Source of the DNA: Orbicella franksi
Lineage: Eukaryota
Direction of reading: 5' to 3'
Assembly: GCA_964199315.1 (NCBI GenBank)
Contig: OZ116712.1
Location: forward strand, 12,090,001-12,154,000
DNA: 64,000 nt
This document shows positions 1-13,300 of the stretch, piece by piece (the first letter of the stretch is position 1; each line of letters begins with the position of its first letter). The notes under the pieces are model-generated. The model saw nothing but the letters and a program-made list of their open reading frames with translations, searched no databases and was not told where the DNA came from. A program made the position numbers and the translations under genes.

Positions 1-582
1 GTTCTGAGGCACAAAGGGTTCATCTGAAGCAAACAAAGAATGAGGTATCCTGAAACACTAGCTTAGCAGTTGCTAATTGATACTTTCATTAGAAATCATC
101 ATGATACATAACATAACCCCCGGAGGTATGAACGTTTTACAGTTCTAGTGTTTCAATTTGATTATCTTTGTCAATATCTCTTTCAAACAGAGTTGAATGT
201 CCCACCATCGCTTCGAGTAACCTTCTATAGCTCACTGAAAGATCATCTTCAGACCCACCTGCCGAAAGTCTCACGTTCGATCCCTTACAATCCTCTTTCC
301 AAATATACCCTCTGTAATTACCTGACATCCTTCTTATTGTGACTTTATCTAGGTGTAACTTTTTGTCTTACCATCTTGTTTTTATTGCTTGCATTTTTTA
401 CAGAGAAAAAAGTAAATTCACCATAAGTTAGCCGAAGTATTAATTTTTCTTGTATAAAAATATTTTTTACTGCTTACGTTTTGTGTAGTTTGAGCTTAGT
501 CAAGCTCAAAACTGACGGACAAACATTGTAAACAGAAAACCTCACCGAAAAGTTACAAAACTGAAATAAAAATATTTGCTAA

Positions 583-623
583 TCCTGGGTTAGCTTAATC
601 GGGCTTTGAACAACCCGGCCCAG
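583..623. repeat. Fragment of an interspersed repeat; inverted copy at 23331-23370
   Basis: TCCTGGGTTAGCTTAATCGGGCTTTGAACAACCCGGCCCAG matches the reverse complement of 23331-23370 almost exactly. Confidence 0.6.
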
Positions 624-1641
624 AACGTCAGAATAAGTTATTAAGTAAATCATTGAAGAGAGAGAAATAGACCTTTTTAGCTTGGGCCGTTTGTTTTTGT
701 GAATTCCTGCTTTCAAATTTTCAAATAGTCGCGTGCACAGGAACGAATAATTGTTGGATAGTTATAAGAACAATTATCTAGAGAACATCACGTGGTCTGT
801 ACTCGGAAAGCAAATCGCCCAAGTTAAAATAATCAGCAATTTCTCCAAGGCAGACAATTTGAAAAAGACTGCTGGACTTTTTCAATTTGACATCACAACC
901 TTGTGCATGGGTAACCCATTTTAACCCTCCTCCTCCCCGACCCTTTATAGCTTCAGTGCACTAGCTAGTATTAATTATTGAGATAATTAACCGGTTTCAT
1001 TGACCGGTTTCCTTCATCAAAAGAATGTTTTTTGCGTTTTATGTTTCGACATTATGCCAATTTTTCCTCTGCTTAGCTTTCTTCTCAGGCCGCAGGAAAA
1101 AAGCAACGAAAATTAAAACGCTACTCTTAACCCTTACACGACCAAATTTTCAAAAAGAATGCCGTTTTTAACCGCTAGCATGACGCTAAATGGGCCTTAG
1201 TTTTGCTGAAAAAGCTATTTTTTATCAAACAGATAGATTTCTGCAAGATTAAATACAAATGATGCAGAATATTTTAATTTTGTGCATGCGCATAAGCCAA
1301 AATTTGGACTTTTTGCGATTGCCCGTTCCGAATTTTTTTTTTTTTTTGCCCGTCTCCTTTCGTTTTTCTCGGCCCTTTTACTCTCGCTACCTTTTGCGTT
1401 TCATATTCTTTCTGGCTGCCGTAAAAAGTTGGGTATTAATTATGGGCAAAGCCTGGAAATGGCACCTTGATTAACTGTAGGTATAATGGGCCATTTTACC
1501 ACCATTTTTGCACCATAATTAAATTGAATTTGGTACGTCAGAATGCTGTCGATATATCCATTTACATGTAAAATTTTGTCCCCGAGTTATTATCAATTAT
1601 TATCATATAGTTTATGAGTGATAAAAGTGATGAAATCTTAC

Positions 1642-3294
1642 CAGTCTCAGCATCGTGTAGAAACTTTGACCAGTTGAAACAATCAGGGCTGTTGTGTACG
1701 CAGTATTGGTTCTGTATTTCTTCCACCTGTTCATCCGTTAAGAGCTCTTCAAACACTTCCTTCAGAGCTTTGCTAAAGTCACTAGCACTGACATACCCTG
1801 TCCTCAGTGGGTCATAATCATGGAAACAGTCCTCGAGCTTAGAATAACGAATAAAAATAAATTATTTGATGCTCAGCTCTTGATTGTCGATTGTCGATGG
1901 TAAATTCCCTTCATTGACCCCAGACCACTTACACTGAGCCACTTACGCTGACTTATCAGACGGTAAGTAAAGAAAGAAGAAGTTCAGAAAGCCATTTGTT
2001 CATAATTTTTTTTCGCCTAACGGTTGTCATTTAGCTTACATTGACGACAAACTATACAACGGGTTTAATAAACCAGCCTGGGGGAACAAAATCATCGAAA
2101 ACATATGACGCAGATTGGCGCAATACAAATTCATTCAAGAACAATATCCCTTTCTGATATCGCTGAGTCAGTGCTTATTTAACAGATCCTACTTCAAGAC
2201 CAAATAGAGCCTAACACCATAAAACAGTCAATCAATCAATAACTTTATTTGAGGCCTACTACAAGGTGTCTATGAACTGGTCCAAAGAGTTAATCACTAA
2301 TTAAGAGGATGGTCTACTTTAATGTAGTTTCAAGAACAGTCTTACCATAATCCCTCTTTCGCGAACAAATGTCCTGACTTTATCCATTAGTTCATCCAAT
2401 AAAAGAAACACTGAAGCGTTGGATGATGTTTCCTCTGATGACCGCCTTCTGCAATGTCAGGTGGAATGTAAAAGCTGTTATAATATTCTTAAAACTAAAG
2501 TGTAAGACTGCAATTTCTATCAACTTTCGTGACATGTAGTGGGTTAGCAGCGAAAAAAAATGAAAAGTTCAAGCTAGTCTAGCGACAGACGTATTAAATA
2601 TAGAATGTCGTTAAATCAGATTTTTTTCGTTGATATTGCCTGTAGAAATTAATAGCGGTTAAGAGTACGAATCCATAGAAGGCACCTTCTTCTAAATCTT
2701 AAGTTATATTGGGTTGCAAGGAAATGTTCTTAAGCTGTTAAGTCAGTTGAAAGGGCCTTTTGGGTGTTAGACCGTGTTAGTTTTGTCCAAAATGACTATT
2801 AAAATTCAGCTGATTTATAGCTCTTTGTCACTCTTCTTCAAGGCAAATGTCTTTAATTCGGCATGAAATCAAGTTTTCTTCTTCGAAGTAGTGGGCCTTA
2901 TGGACACAAGCCATCCGTTCATGTTTAACCCTTTCTCGTCAATTTTAGACGGTTCCCCTAGAATTAACACTTTAAGTTACTATCCAGCCGCCTTAAGTGA
3001 GCTGAAATGAGCCTTTCTGTGCAATTTGAAGAAGAACGAATTTTTTTCGTCTGAAAATCCCTCAATATTACTTAAAGGCGATATTGACAACTAAAAACAT
3101 AAATGAAGAACAATTTGCAGCGGACTGGTCTCTGAGCTTAGTCTCATAAAACAAATCAATACTTCACTATGAATAAGTTGTCACTTTATGTGAAAATCCA
3201 AATTAATAAGCCAACAAGCGAGCACATCGAGGCAAAGTGAACAAAAACTATACCTACCCTTCACTGCCTGACATGTCTGCAAGATCGATATATC
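1642..3294 (-). CDS. Partial multi-exon EF-hand domain protein
   Basis: Exons 2448-2346 and 1837-1642 (AG/GT-bounded, phase 0 junction) translate to LMDKVRTFVRERGIM|LEDCFHDYDPLRTGYVSASDFSKALKEVFEELLTDEQVEEI...FNWSKFL, an EF-hand helix-loop-helix. Probable upstream exon 3294-3258 is phase-compatible. 5' and 3' exons not resolved. Confidence 0.65.
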
Positions 3295-3476
3295 CTGATA
3301 ACAAAGCAAATGTTACACGGTCAAGGGATAGAAAAGACTGTTCACAGTCTTCTTGTTTTCTCAGTTGATCTTCGACAGCCTGATAAGAACCTACAGTGAA
3401 CTTTGATCGTTTCACTTGATGTATCCTAACAAGACCTTGGGAATAGTCTATTAAAAGTAGATTATGAGCTCGTGAT

Positions 3477-3530
3477 TTCTATCGCGCGATAGTTGAAGGG
3501 CGCAGCCCGAGTCAACTATCACGCATAGAA
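3477..3530. repeat. Hairpin core of a MITE-like repeat
   Basis: Arms TTCTATCGCGCGATAGTTGA / TCAACTATCACGCATAGAA form an imperfect inverted repeat; outer limits unclear. Confidence 0.45.
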
Positions 3531-6499
3531 ATCCAGAGAGAAAACCTTATTGTTTTAGTATAAATCCACTTGTCGTTCAAAACTTTATCTAAATCCTCTT
3601 CACAGACACTTCGAAAACGCCAAGAAGCGGCCTCCATTTTGTTAACAAGGGTACACTGCTACGCTACTCACTATCTACAACAGAATCGATAGTGAGCAGC
3701 GTAGCCAATCAGAGAACGGCATTTGTGATAGACCGCTAGTAGATTTATACTAAAGAGGAATAGTGGATGTGCAATGAACTGTTTGAAGCAAACATACCGC
3801 TTTCCACTGACATGGTAATACAGGAAACTAAATGGTTCTGGCAAAATGAAATACTCTCTAGACCTGTGAAGAAAAAAACGCACAGTTACATGCGTACAAA
3901 TGAAGTTGTCTTTTTTTTTTTTGGTTATTGTAGTTACATGTATATAGGCTATGCCGATTAATATATAAGAAAATAGTGCAGCCACGCGATTTGATGTGCG
4001 ATGAAGGGCTTCATTTTCAGTAAAGTTTGTATTTCTTGTGTTAAGGTTTATCTATTGATATCCTATTTACCATTGAAGCAAACTGAAAATGAACAACCTC
4101 TATATCTGATTTTTAACGCGGAAAACATCTCGTTACAGTTTTTTTTTCTTTCATGTTTTTTTGCCTCACGTGGACTACAACTGGGCTGTCAGAGTTATTT
4201 TCTGCAGTACATTAACCGTGAGATGTTTTTACTCGTTTCACACGTTATTTGTTTTCTACAGAACGCAGGAGGATTAAAAAATTATTGCATTTTATGCGTT
4301 TGTTGCATGTCCTATGTAATTTGTATTCCGACAAAAAGGTTCCTGTGAAGATTAATTTCACTGAGGAGCTTGCATGGACTTCAACTAAAATGTCACGTTA
4401 CACTCAGCTTGTAATATTGTTTATGAATTCCAGTCAAGCGTTTTAATACTTAATACTTAATCAATAAAATAACAAAACGCTTCTGTATCTAAAAAACAAC
4501 TGAGCAAAACTTCCCATTTATAGCTGGATTCATTGAAAAAGATTCTTTCATATATCACCGCCAAAAGTAGAAGATTTACAAAATAAGGACATAAGCTCAG
4601 TAACAGATTACCCTAAATCAACTTATAATCAAGACCAATAAAGATATCGTTTAAGTAGCTGTTAAGTGCTATTTATAACTTTGCACTTAAACTAAAAAAT
4701 TTGTGCTTGAAAAAAAATCCGGAAAGCTAATTGTTATGACTTTTTGATAAGTATTACAAATGAAAAAGAAAACAACTAAAGAAATCGAAGCTAAATTTAG
4801 CATCCAGTCCAGTTCTGATTATTTTGGATTTTATTCTTGTTTCGACCTGCATTAAAAAGAGAAAGGAGCACCTCTAAAGTAGCGTGGCAAAGCCAATAAG
4901 CGAGAGACTTACATTACTTAAGGGTGCTTCACGTGACAGTGGCTTGCTCTGTTTGATGAATAAAGACCATCTGGCTAAGAGTGGGAAAAAATTCACGTGA
5001 TCAAGAAGTGTTGAATCATATTTAGATGTTTTCTCACCGTGGACACTGTTAGAGGTTTTCTTTCGACTTGGAATTGATAGGGCTTTGAAACATGAGTACA
5101 TTGCATTTCTGTTTATTGCAGTTTCAAGGAGAGCCTAGTTACGTATCTATTTGTCATAACGGGAACCCGATAATCATCGCATGGAAAGACAGCTATCGCT
5201 TCTTTAATCGTTTGGCAATGAACGATCAATGAAGTACAATAAAGACACACTGGAGAACAGGAAAGTGCTCCGAAACCCCTTCTGTAGTACGTTCTTAAAT
5301 CCATTAAGGACACGCTTTTCATCTCAGTAATTTTTTTGTCTTTGGCGGCCCTGTAAGGGTAGAATTTCAACCCCAGCCTCTTTCCCACTCGGAATTTCGA
5401 TTGTGCGTGTCGAGATTTCCACAGAAAGAGAAAATGCTGATGGGCGACGGTTGACTTCTCACCTTATTTTTTTAAAGTTCAATGGCATGGCTATGATCAC
5501 AATGCTGCGTGTTGTTAACAGTTTTAGTTTGTTATTGTCCTCTTGCCGTCTCTGTACCAGCCCAGAATATATCACCCTTGAGAAATCACTCCGTACGACA
5601 GGCGCGGCTTGAAAACTCATCGTAGGTACACTATGTCAGGGTATGAACGTTACCTCACCCTATTTGGCATCGCGTAAATCTTGAGACCTATTCAGTTCCC
5701 CGACGAGGTAGAAAATATAATCTGATCCCGACTTTTCGAGCCTCTAAGGAAAATGAAAATTGGTTTAAAAAGGCGAGTAGTTCAAGAAATTGGGTATAAA
5801 ATAAAATTACAGTGTTTGACTGAGAAGAGAAAAACGAATTTTGGTTCGATTTACCGAGAGTTTCGAAAATTCGAGGGTTCAAGAAATCGAGATTCCAAGG
5901 TAAACCCCATTCAACAAGTAAGTGAAAGCGGCCCTTACCTCGGTCAGTTCCATCTTTGATACATTAGAAGATGTGTTATTGGCGTGCCATGATTACTTGA
6001 AGGAGTTCATGAGGGATAAGGCAACCAAAGTCGGCTGCCTACTGCATAAGCGTTCAAAAGAGTACTTGTTTGAGTATTCTCACGCAAAATAACCGAAGCA
6101 AATGGAATTTCCAGTATATATATATGGGTTATTGACCAAGTGTGATGCCAAAATGGCTTAATATTGGCCAAGTGTTTTATAAACTCGCAAAAAGAGAACG
6201 AGGCCAATCAATATCCAGCCATCTTGACCGAACAAGCTTGGTCAATAAAGGATTTATTAAATGGGGTAAGACACAGTTATTTTCTTGCGGGACACTGCGT
6301 GTAATCCCGAGTGGGCAAGCTAGTGCCTGGATCCAAACAATCACAGCGCAGGATTTAGGTCATGTTCCTCGCTCTTGGAGCTAGCCATATGATAGTGGCT
6401 TTTCACGGATAGAGAGTTCAGTATTGATCTTTCGGATCTCGTATATTATTATTAGCGCTCAAAATTCTTTTCGGAAGGTCACGCTTGATACTCTCTTAA

Positions 6500-7398
6500 G
6501 GACGGTGCCTACTAAATATAAAGGTTTTTGCGCCAGGTTAGGACCACGCGGAAAAAGTACATCTTTGCAAGGGCTATTGGAATCCACAAAGAAAAAGGGG
6601 GGTAGCCACGCATTTTTTCGAGATAATTAGCCTTGAATCTCAACAAAAATGCTGACATCAGAATTTTCTGAAAAAGGATGGAAAGGATATTTCTTCGCAG
6701 ATTTCCTTTGAATTCGTATTGACAAACAGAAAAGCAAATACGTTTATCAAGATCTTAAAACTGCACGGTAAATGGTGACATAAAAACCATTTTTGGTTTG
6801 CTTTTAATAACAAAATCGTTGCAACAGCGCTTTTAGCGTCTCTGACAGCCTTCCTCTGGTTCAGCCAAAATACAGTCTAAATACCTTTTGCTCACAACCA
6901 GAAACTAATCACGTGTTGAATAGGCCTGCCACTTCCATTTCATAACATAAAATGTGGGGGTAACCACGTGTTTTTTTAAAAGTTATTGATCTTTTTTGAA
7001 AACTTTTACGGTGCCCGCTACATTTTCTCCTGTCACCTCCCCTGTAAGTAAAACATTTGCGTATTTCGCACTTGTTTTGCGCGCGCACTACGCCATCTGC
7101 CGGTATATGTTTACAGTTGGATTTCAGCGTAATTTTCGACAGATAACAGATAGGTTTTCACCTGGAAGACGTTAACATTTAGTGGTTAGCGATATGCTGC
7201 TATTTTGGTGTTCCTGGTTTAAGTACGGGTTCATTAAACTTGATTTGGTCACAGTAGAAAAATTTTACTTTCTTTTAGTCGTGTACTTGGTAGCGTAGTT
7301 GATTGCGTCAATGTCAACCCCAGCGCGTGCATGGCGCTTAAACCATGCCTTGCGTGATGCGCAGAAAGTATGCGCACTAACAAATGTAGGTACCGTCC
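6500..7398. mobile_element. Non-autonomous Kolobok-type element (~900 bp)
   Basis: TTAA|GGACGGTGCCTAC ... GTAGGTACCGTCC|TCAA: 13-bp TIR with 1 mismatch, RR..YY termini, TTAA TSD with the right copy mutated. A second, inverted copy lies at 58061-58885. Confidence 0.75.
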
Positions 7399-10300
7399 TC
7401 AAAGCTGTTTCCGTTGCATATTACAGGCCTTTCCCTAGTGAGTTATTAGTTTTTCTCGAAACCCTGAGAAAGAAACGGTTTCTTTGTTTCTGATTGAAGA
7501 CACTGAAAGTAAGGTCCTTACAGCTGACAGTTACAGCTGACATTTCACCTCGTTTTCACCCGATTTAGGTTCCCCGGTAGCCGGGGAATGCACCTTTTTT
7601 CACGGCTTCGCTATACAATGCGGGGGCTGAGCGGGGTTTTGGCAGGGATTTCAGATCTCGATCTCTTTTAGAAGACTTGGTTCAAGTTGCATGTTCGCAG
7701 AAAACATGGAGGATAAGCAACTGACGAAGAAGGTATGATTTCAATCGCTTAATATCATGTTTTTTCGGAGCCATCGACTTTTTCCTCTATTTTTCAATAG
7801 ACTGCAAGAAAAGGAAGAAAACGAAGAGGAAGGGAAAAAATAAGTAACCTTGACTTCAGTGGTGAAATCATGTGAAAGCTCCAGTCGTTAAAAAAAATTA
7901 TAATCTATTTGATGAATTGCGCTTGATGTTTAGAGGGCGAGGGCGTTCACTCTGAATTTTTTTGCCCGCAATACGGGCTTTTTCTGCATTTCACTGACAG
8001 TAAAAGTGAATGCCCCGGGTATCCCTCTATGAGGGGCGGGGCGGGTGTTTCAAATGACTGGTGCATTACGACAGAACCGTTATGTCGGTGGAAATGGAAT
8101 CCACCAGAAGTTCGAGTAACTTGAAGTGTACAAAAACTTTGCAACAAGAGTTTTTACATTGTATTGCAAACTTCTGTGCGACTGTTTTAAATACCTTCTT
8201 AAAAAAAATCATTTCTAACAACACCAAATGTCGAAAACCAATTTTAAGTTCATATGAAACGTGAAAGTACACGTGAAATGAGACTGATGATGAAATTTTA
8301 CCTGTGTTCGCATAATCGGCTCTGAACTTTGAAATTAATTTCCTCGAGTTCCCCTGGGTAATTTGTTTTGGTGTTATTTCAGACGACCATTTTATATCTT
8401 GAGCTCATAGAAAATGCGAAAAGGACTGTAATATACTTAACATTATTCTGGTACTGGGTTTCTGTCCACTTAATACTGAAATTGCTCGATTTCCTATCGA
8501 ATTTTGTCTTAACACTTGCAGGTTATGGCCAGACAATATTTCCTGTGTCACTTCACGGGCCCGCTTTGCTGACCCTCAGTAAGCTGGATATTTAACTCAT
8601 CCTCGATTGTGAAAACAGATTTATTCCCTTATCTCTCTGATCAGTTTACGCCTTTTTTCCGCCAAGATCATCAGGTCTTTCATCCTATCAGCTTTCTTGA
8701 TTAACTGCCACTAGTAATGAATAAGTCACTTGAACGATGAACACTTACGTAAGACCAGCCGAGGAATGAGTAGAAAGCTTAAACATCTAGGTACAAAAGT
8801 ATTATTTCCTCAGCTGGCAAAAAAATACTCAAGTGTTATGAGTTTCTGTATTTGAAACTCAGTAGCTGAAAAGCAAAGGTCAAATGAACGCGGAAATTTT
8901 CAAATCGACCCCAGAATTCAACAATAGTGTGTTACGTAGTTCAACTGTTCTTGTTTCAGTTAATTTCCGAAGTATTTTTAAAAGTGAAAGTCAAAGTGAA
9001 ATGCTGTTGTAAACTCGGTGCTCGATATTTTCGCAAAATGTTTTTTTAATGACTGTTTAGTACAGGTCAAAACAATCGGCTGTGTTCGCTTGGCTTTTGG
9101 AAACAGAGACGAGCTGTTGCAAAAGCTGATGAACAATCGAAGAATGAGTGTGAAACATAACTTACAATTAAATTTCCGTTTTAGCTCTCCGGGAAGTGAA
9201 TTTTGAAAGCTAATTTAATCTTCAACTCCGTTATGATATCCTACCGTTCCAAATGCAATCTGTATCTTGAAATGAATTACCGAAAAACGTGAAAACCAAT
9301 GTTTGCGACCCATGTTTCATAAACACTGACCTGCAAGTTTGTAAGTTAAGCGGCGTAAATTTTCTTACTTTCCTTTTAACTTTCCTTGTTCTATAGCTGG
9401 CGTTTTTTGCGCTACAGCGCGCCCATTCATTTGCTAGTGAGATTCTCGGGAAACAAAATTCACTGTTCTCCTCCGGACCAGTCATTATACCTTTAATACA
9501 GATCCTGAGAATTTGGTCAGTATTTTGTACAATATCTGTGACCTCTTGCTAGCTCTCTTATTGAAGCGAAGGCAAATTTTTAATCGCTGCAATTTTTTTT
9601 TCCGTGTTTAAAAGTGATTGTGTGCGTTGGGTAAGTGAAAATTCCATCGGCCGTTTTTCAGTTTTTCAAGCAGTTTTTGAGGCGAGTCCAAGTAAAAATA
9701 TCATACTAGCTGAATCAAGAGCTTGAATTGATGGTTTTTGATAGATTGACACTAACTTCACTTGTTCATTTAAGAAGAACAACACACCCACAAAATGTGT
9801 TCATGACTGTTTCACACTCGGCACTTACCTTTCTTTAGGGAAGTTTTGAGACTTCACTGCTAAGGATGGGTTAAACTGCTAAAGAGCTGTTCTGACAAAG
9901 TGATCCAAGGATTGACTAGTACATGCTTTATAGTCATTAAGAAACTCGTGATGACGTAATGTGACTGCGCAGGCTAATCAGTTTCAGCACTAGTCAGTTC
10001 GTTTCAGCGTGTTATGCGGAAGATAAGACAACATTGACAGCTACAAATCAGCTTGAATCTACAGGAACTCAAATATTTTCCGCTTAAGCACTTTTTTTCT
10101 TAGAGTACTGCGAATATGTTTTAATACAGGGGGTAATGCCATCATTCTTTTATAGTGGTTGCCAAGTTGCGATACTGACAATCTGCTGCGCTCAATTGGA
10201 GCTGTGCAATGTGTGCAGGCCTGATAAACTTGAAAGTCCAAGTGTGGACATAGCTAAGGAACCTAATATGTCCTAGATTCCTTAGCTTGCCCCCTTATAA

Positions 10301-13300
10301 TAAATGATGCTCAATTTGGGTTACAAGAAGCTAGCCATCAGTCATCAGCAGATTGTCCCCCGCAGTTTATCAAACAACTTCAAGTCATTGATAAAGCGAT
10401 GAGTCAGAAATTGTGAATACTTCCACATTTATAAAAAATCCAATAATGTATAGCGATTAGATATTAATTATTTATCGAACATCAGCAAAAACAACTGCTC
10501 CTTTCGTGAATGTAAATGAAATCACCTGTTCTATGAGCTCAGTGAAACGACATTTTTCGTACATAATGTTGGCACACGCGCAAAGGGGGGTTCATTTTTC
10601 ATATTTCGTACCCTGAAGGGCTTTGCCACATACAACCTGACTTATTTGACAATCACGGCTTATTACTTACAATGAAATGAAACAGGAGGACGGCAGACTC
10701 TAACTCAACCCTTCCCCCACTCCCCCCCCCCCCCCCCATAAAAATCACCGTTTAAATCTATAAGGACTATCTGCGTTTTTAGATGGCGTATTGAAAAGTT
10801 CCCTATTCCGGTAGTAATTACAAATGGGTCTTATAACAATGGTCGGTTTAAGGAACTTTGTTTTTGTTTGTTTGAAATGGGATTTTTAGAAAGGAAAAAG
10901 CGCTTCCGTGACCGGAGAGTTGAAGATGAAGTGATTCCGGGTACCTTTGCGGTCTGACCCTGAAATAAGCATATTTTGTACAGTCGCAGAGGATTATGAT
11001 GAAGCAGATATGTGTATCAAAGTTATATTTTATGAAACAAACAATCACAATTACATCAATACTTTTTGTCGGGTTTCTGAACTAAAACAATGAAGTTTTT
11101 AACTTGCTGTTAGTTGTTCTCATTCGCCAACTCTACAATTCAACAGGGAGCCTTTCTGAGCAAATCCACGTTTGTGAGTTGGACCTACAACAGACAGTGA
11201 ACAGACTGCTTTATGGCTTGCACATATAAAACCTATATAAATCAGCACCCAAAAAACCGTGAGGAACTCTCATTGTGCCTCGCTTCCTTAAAGAACTATG
11301 AAAAGAAAGAGATTCTCTAGGCTCTAAGTTAAAATTATCCGGATACCATTCGGTTTTCTTTTTAATAGTGAAACACGGAAGAGGAAAACTTGTCTCGGGC
11401 AAAATTTGCTGACAATCAATATTTGTTGAGAGAGAAATTTGCCAGCTCATCATTGTAATGTTTGCTAACACTGCAAATTAAAAGGTCAAATTATATATCG
11501 AAAGCAGTTGAACAAGTCAGATTTTTCTGAGATGTTTCTGGTGGGATATTTTTAGCAGAACTTTGTGTAGAAGCTCTGTTAAATATGGCTTCTCTTTACT
11601 TTCAATGATCGCAGTTTCAGCAGTACTAATTGTCTACTTCAACCTGCGTCTAGCGGCGATTGGCAGTATGTTCGCCAAAACTGCGTGTTTTCTTTCGAAT
11701 GCATGATGCTGCAAGTTGTCAGACAATTATAGCCTACTGTTCTTACGGTAGCCTCAACACTGTACCTTAGTTTACTCTCTTGAGGCCGGCAACTCTGCTT
11801 ATAGCAACTCATTAAATAACTTTATGCTAAATATTGTTCGAAAATCTGCCCCACAATATGTGATACTGGGTAACTCTTGCCGGTCCTCGCATTACGAGGA
11901 ATTATCACAACTACGCTTTGACAAATCTCGTTGTTTGTCTTGTTTGTGATGTTGTTTGGAACAATCGATTGCGCAATCGAAGTTTCCACCGTGATTCCAC
12001 AAAATAAATTGTCTGCAATGATGTGGGACTTGTAAGGTCAGTATATTTAACGATAGAGTAAAATATATACCCACTGCTATCTTTTCACGTAGTTTGTGTT
12101 CCAGCGTTATGACAGAACTCTAGCAATTCAGTGTCGGGTTGGTCAATTTTACCATACAGTAGCCGGAATTGGACGGCTCTAATTGCTGAGCCCTTCGTGA
12201 AATCATTACGATATCAACTTGAGTCTCCGTAGAAGGGACGATAGAAAAAGAATTGCTGTTTGTTGTTGTTGTTGTTGCTGCCGCTGCTGTTGCTTCTTGT
12301 CCTTGTTTCGAAATTGGTTAGTTTTGTATCAGCAGCCGAGCCAGCGGTAAATTTTATCTTTTAATTACTGGTGTTTTTAATAAAATGTTCTGACTCTTAT
12401 GTAAACAATTACTTAGGTAAAAAGGAAGTAACGCTAATTACAGAGTTCTGTGTTATCCTTTACGTTCAATCGTGTAAACTCAGTGCAGTGTAATGTTAAG
12501 GAATATGTATATTGTTAATAACATGTGTGCAAAGAGATAAGATACCTTATTAACCGAGAAGTCCATATGAAATTGCTATCTTTATTTCTCCACTGATAAT
12601 TTCGTCGACTAAAGAACTTTGACCCATAAATAATGGCACACAGTAAGAAGGTATTGTGCTTTGTGCACGGTCAAGGCCAAAAAAGAGAACATTCCAATCA
12701 CATACTGAACAAAGAACTTTGTCGAGTTTCATATCCATTCCTCTCTACTACTATTAGCTATGTTGACACGAGAATATCAATCTGAGGATTTTTTTTGTTC
12801 ATTTTAATTCACTGAGGGATTTGTATATAATTATTTTTCATGTGAATCAGGGTTTCCTAGAGACGCGCCGTTTCGTTTGTTACTTACAAGACTTTGATAG
12901 TTATTTGTTATTATCTTTTCTTAAGACGGCAGTCCATTTGAACATTTGACCTTCGATGACTATCAGCACAGAATTTCTTACGCGGAGCAAAGATACATGC
13001 AGATATATGTATGTCTGGACCGCAAGGAACGATCATTACCGTCAGAACCTAACATAACTTCGAAAACAGACCAAGATGGTCTTGAGCTTAGCAATTTATT
13101 GGAGCGACATTAAAAGGAAAAGGAAAATTAAAGTATCCCACAAGTTGTATTCACTGATCCATTTTGATGTAATAGTTCCAACTTTCATCCAGTCCTTGCA
13201 TTAGAGACTCGTGACAGGAAGAGGTTCCTTTAAAATTATTTATTCATCTTTAACTGAAGGCGTCATCAGTGACCTCTTGTTGGCTGCGATACTGCAGCTT

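Noticed and set aside
137-328. 63-aa ORF as the next EF-hand gene exon
   Set aside because: Splice sites are ambiguous and there is no recognisable similarity.
4874-5612. Cluster of short ORFs as possible upstream exons of the EF-hand gene
   Set aside because: Could not build a phase-consistent, stop-free model with recognisable homology.
8285-8326. C/D box snoRNA (TGATGA...CTGA)
   Set aside because: Boxes are only ~40 nt apart with no terminal stem.
8596-9870. piggyBac-like element between two TTAA sites
   Set aside because: Terminal similarity is only about 12 of 18 bases; too weak to call.
12258-12295. Poly-Gln/Thr coding tract
   Set aside because: (GTT)n/(GCT)n microsatellite; surrounding frames close quickly.
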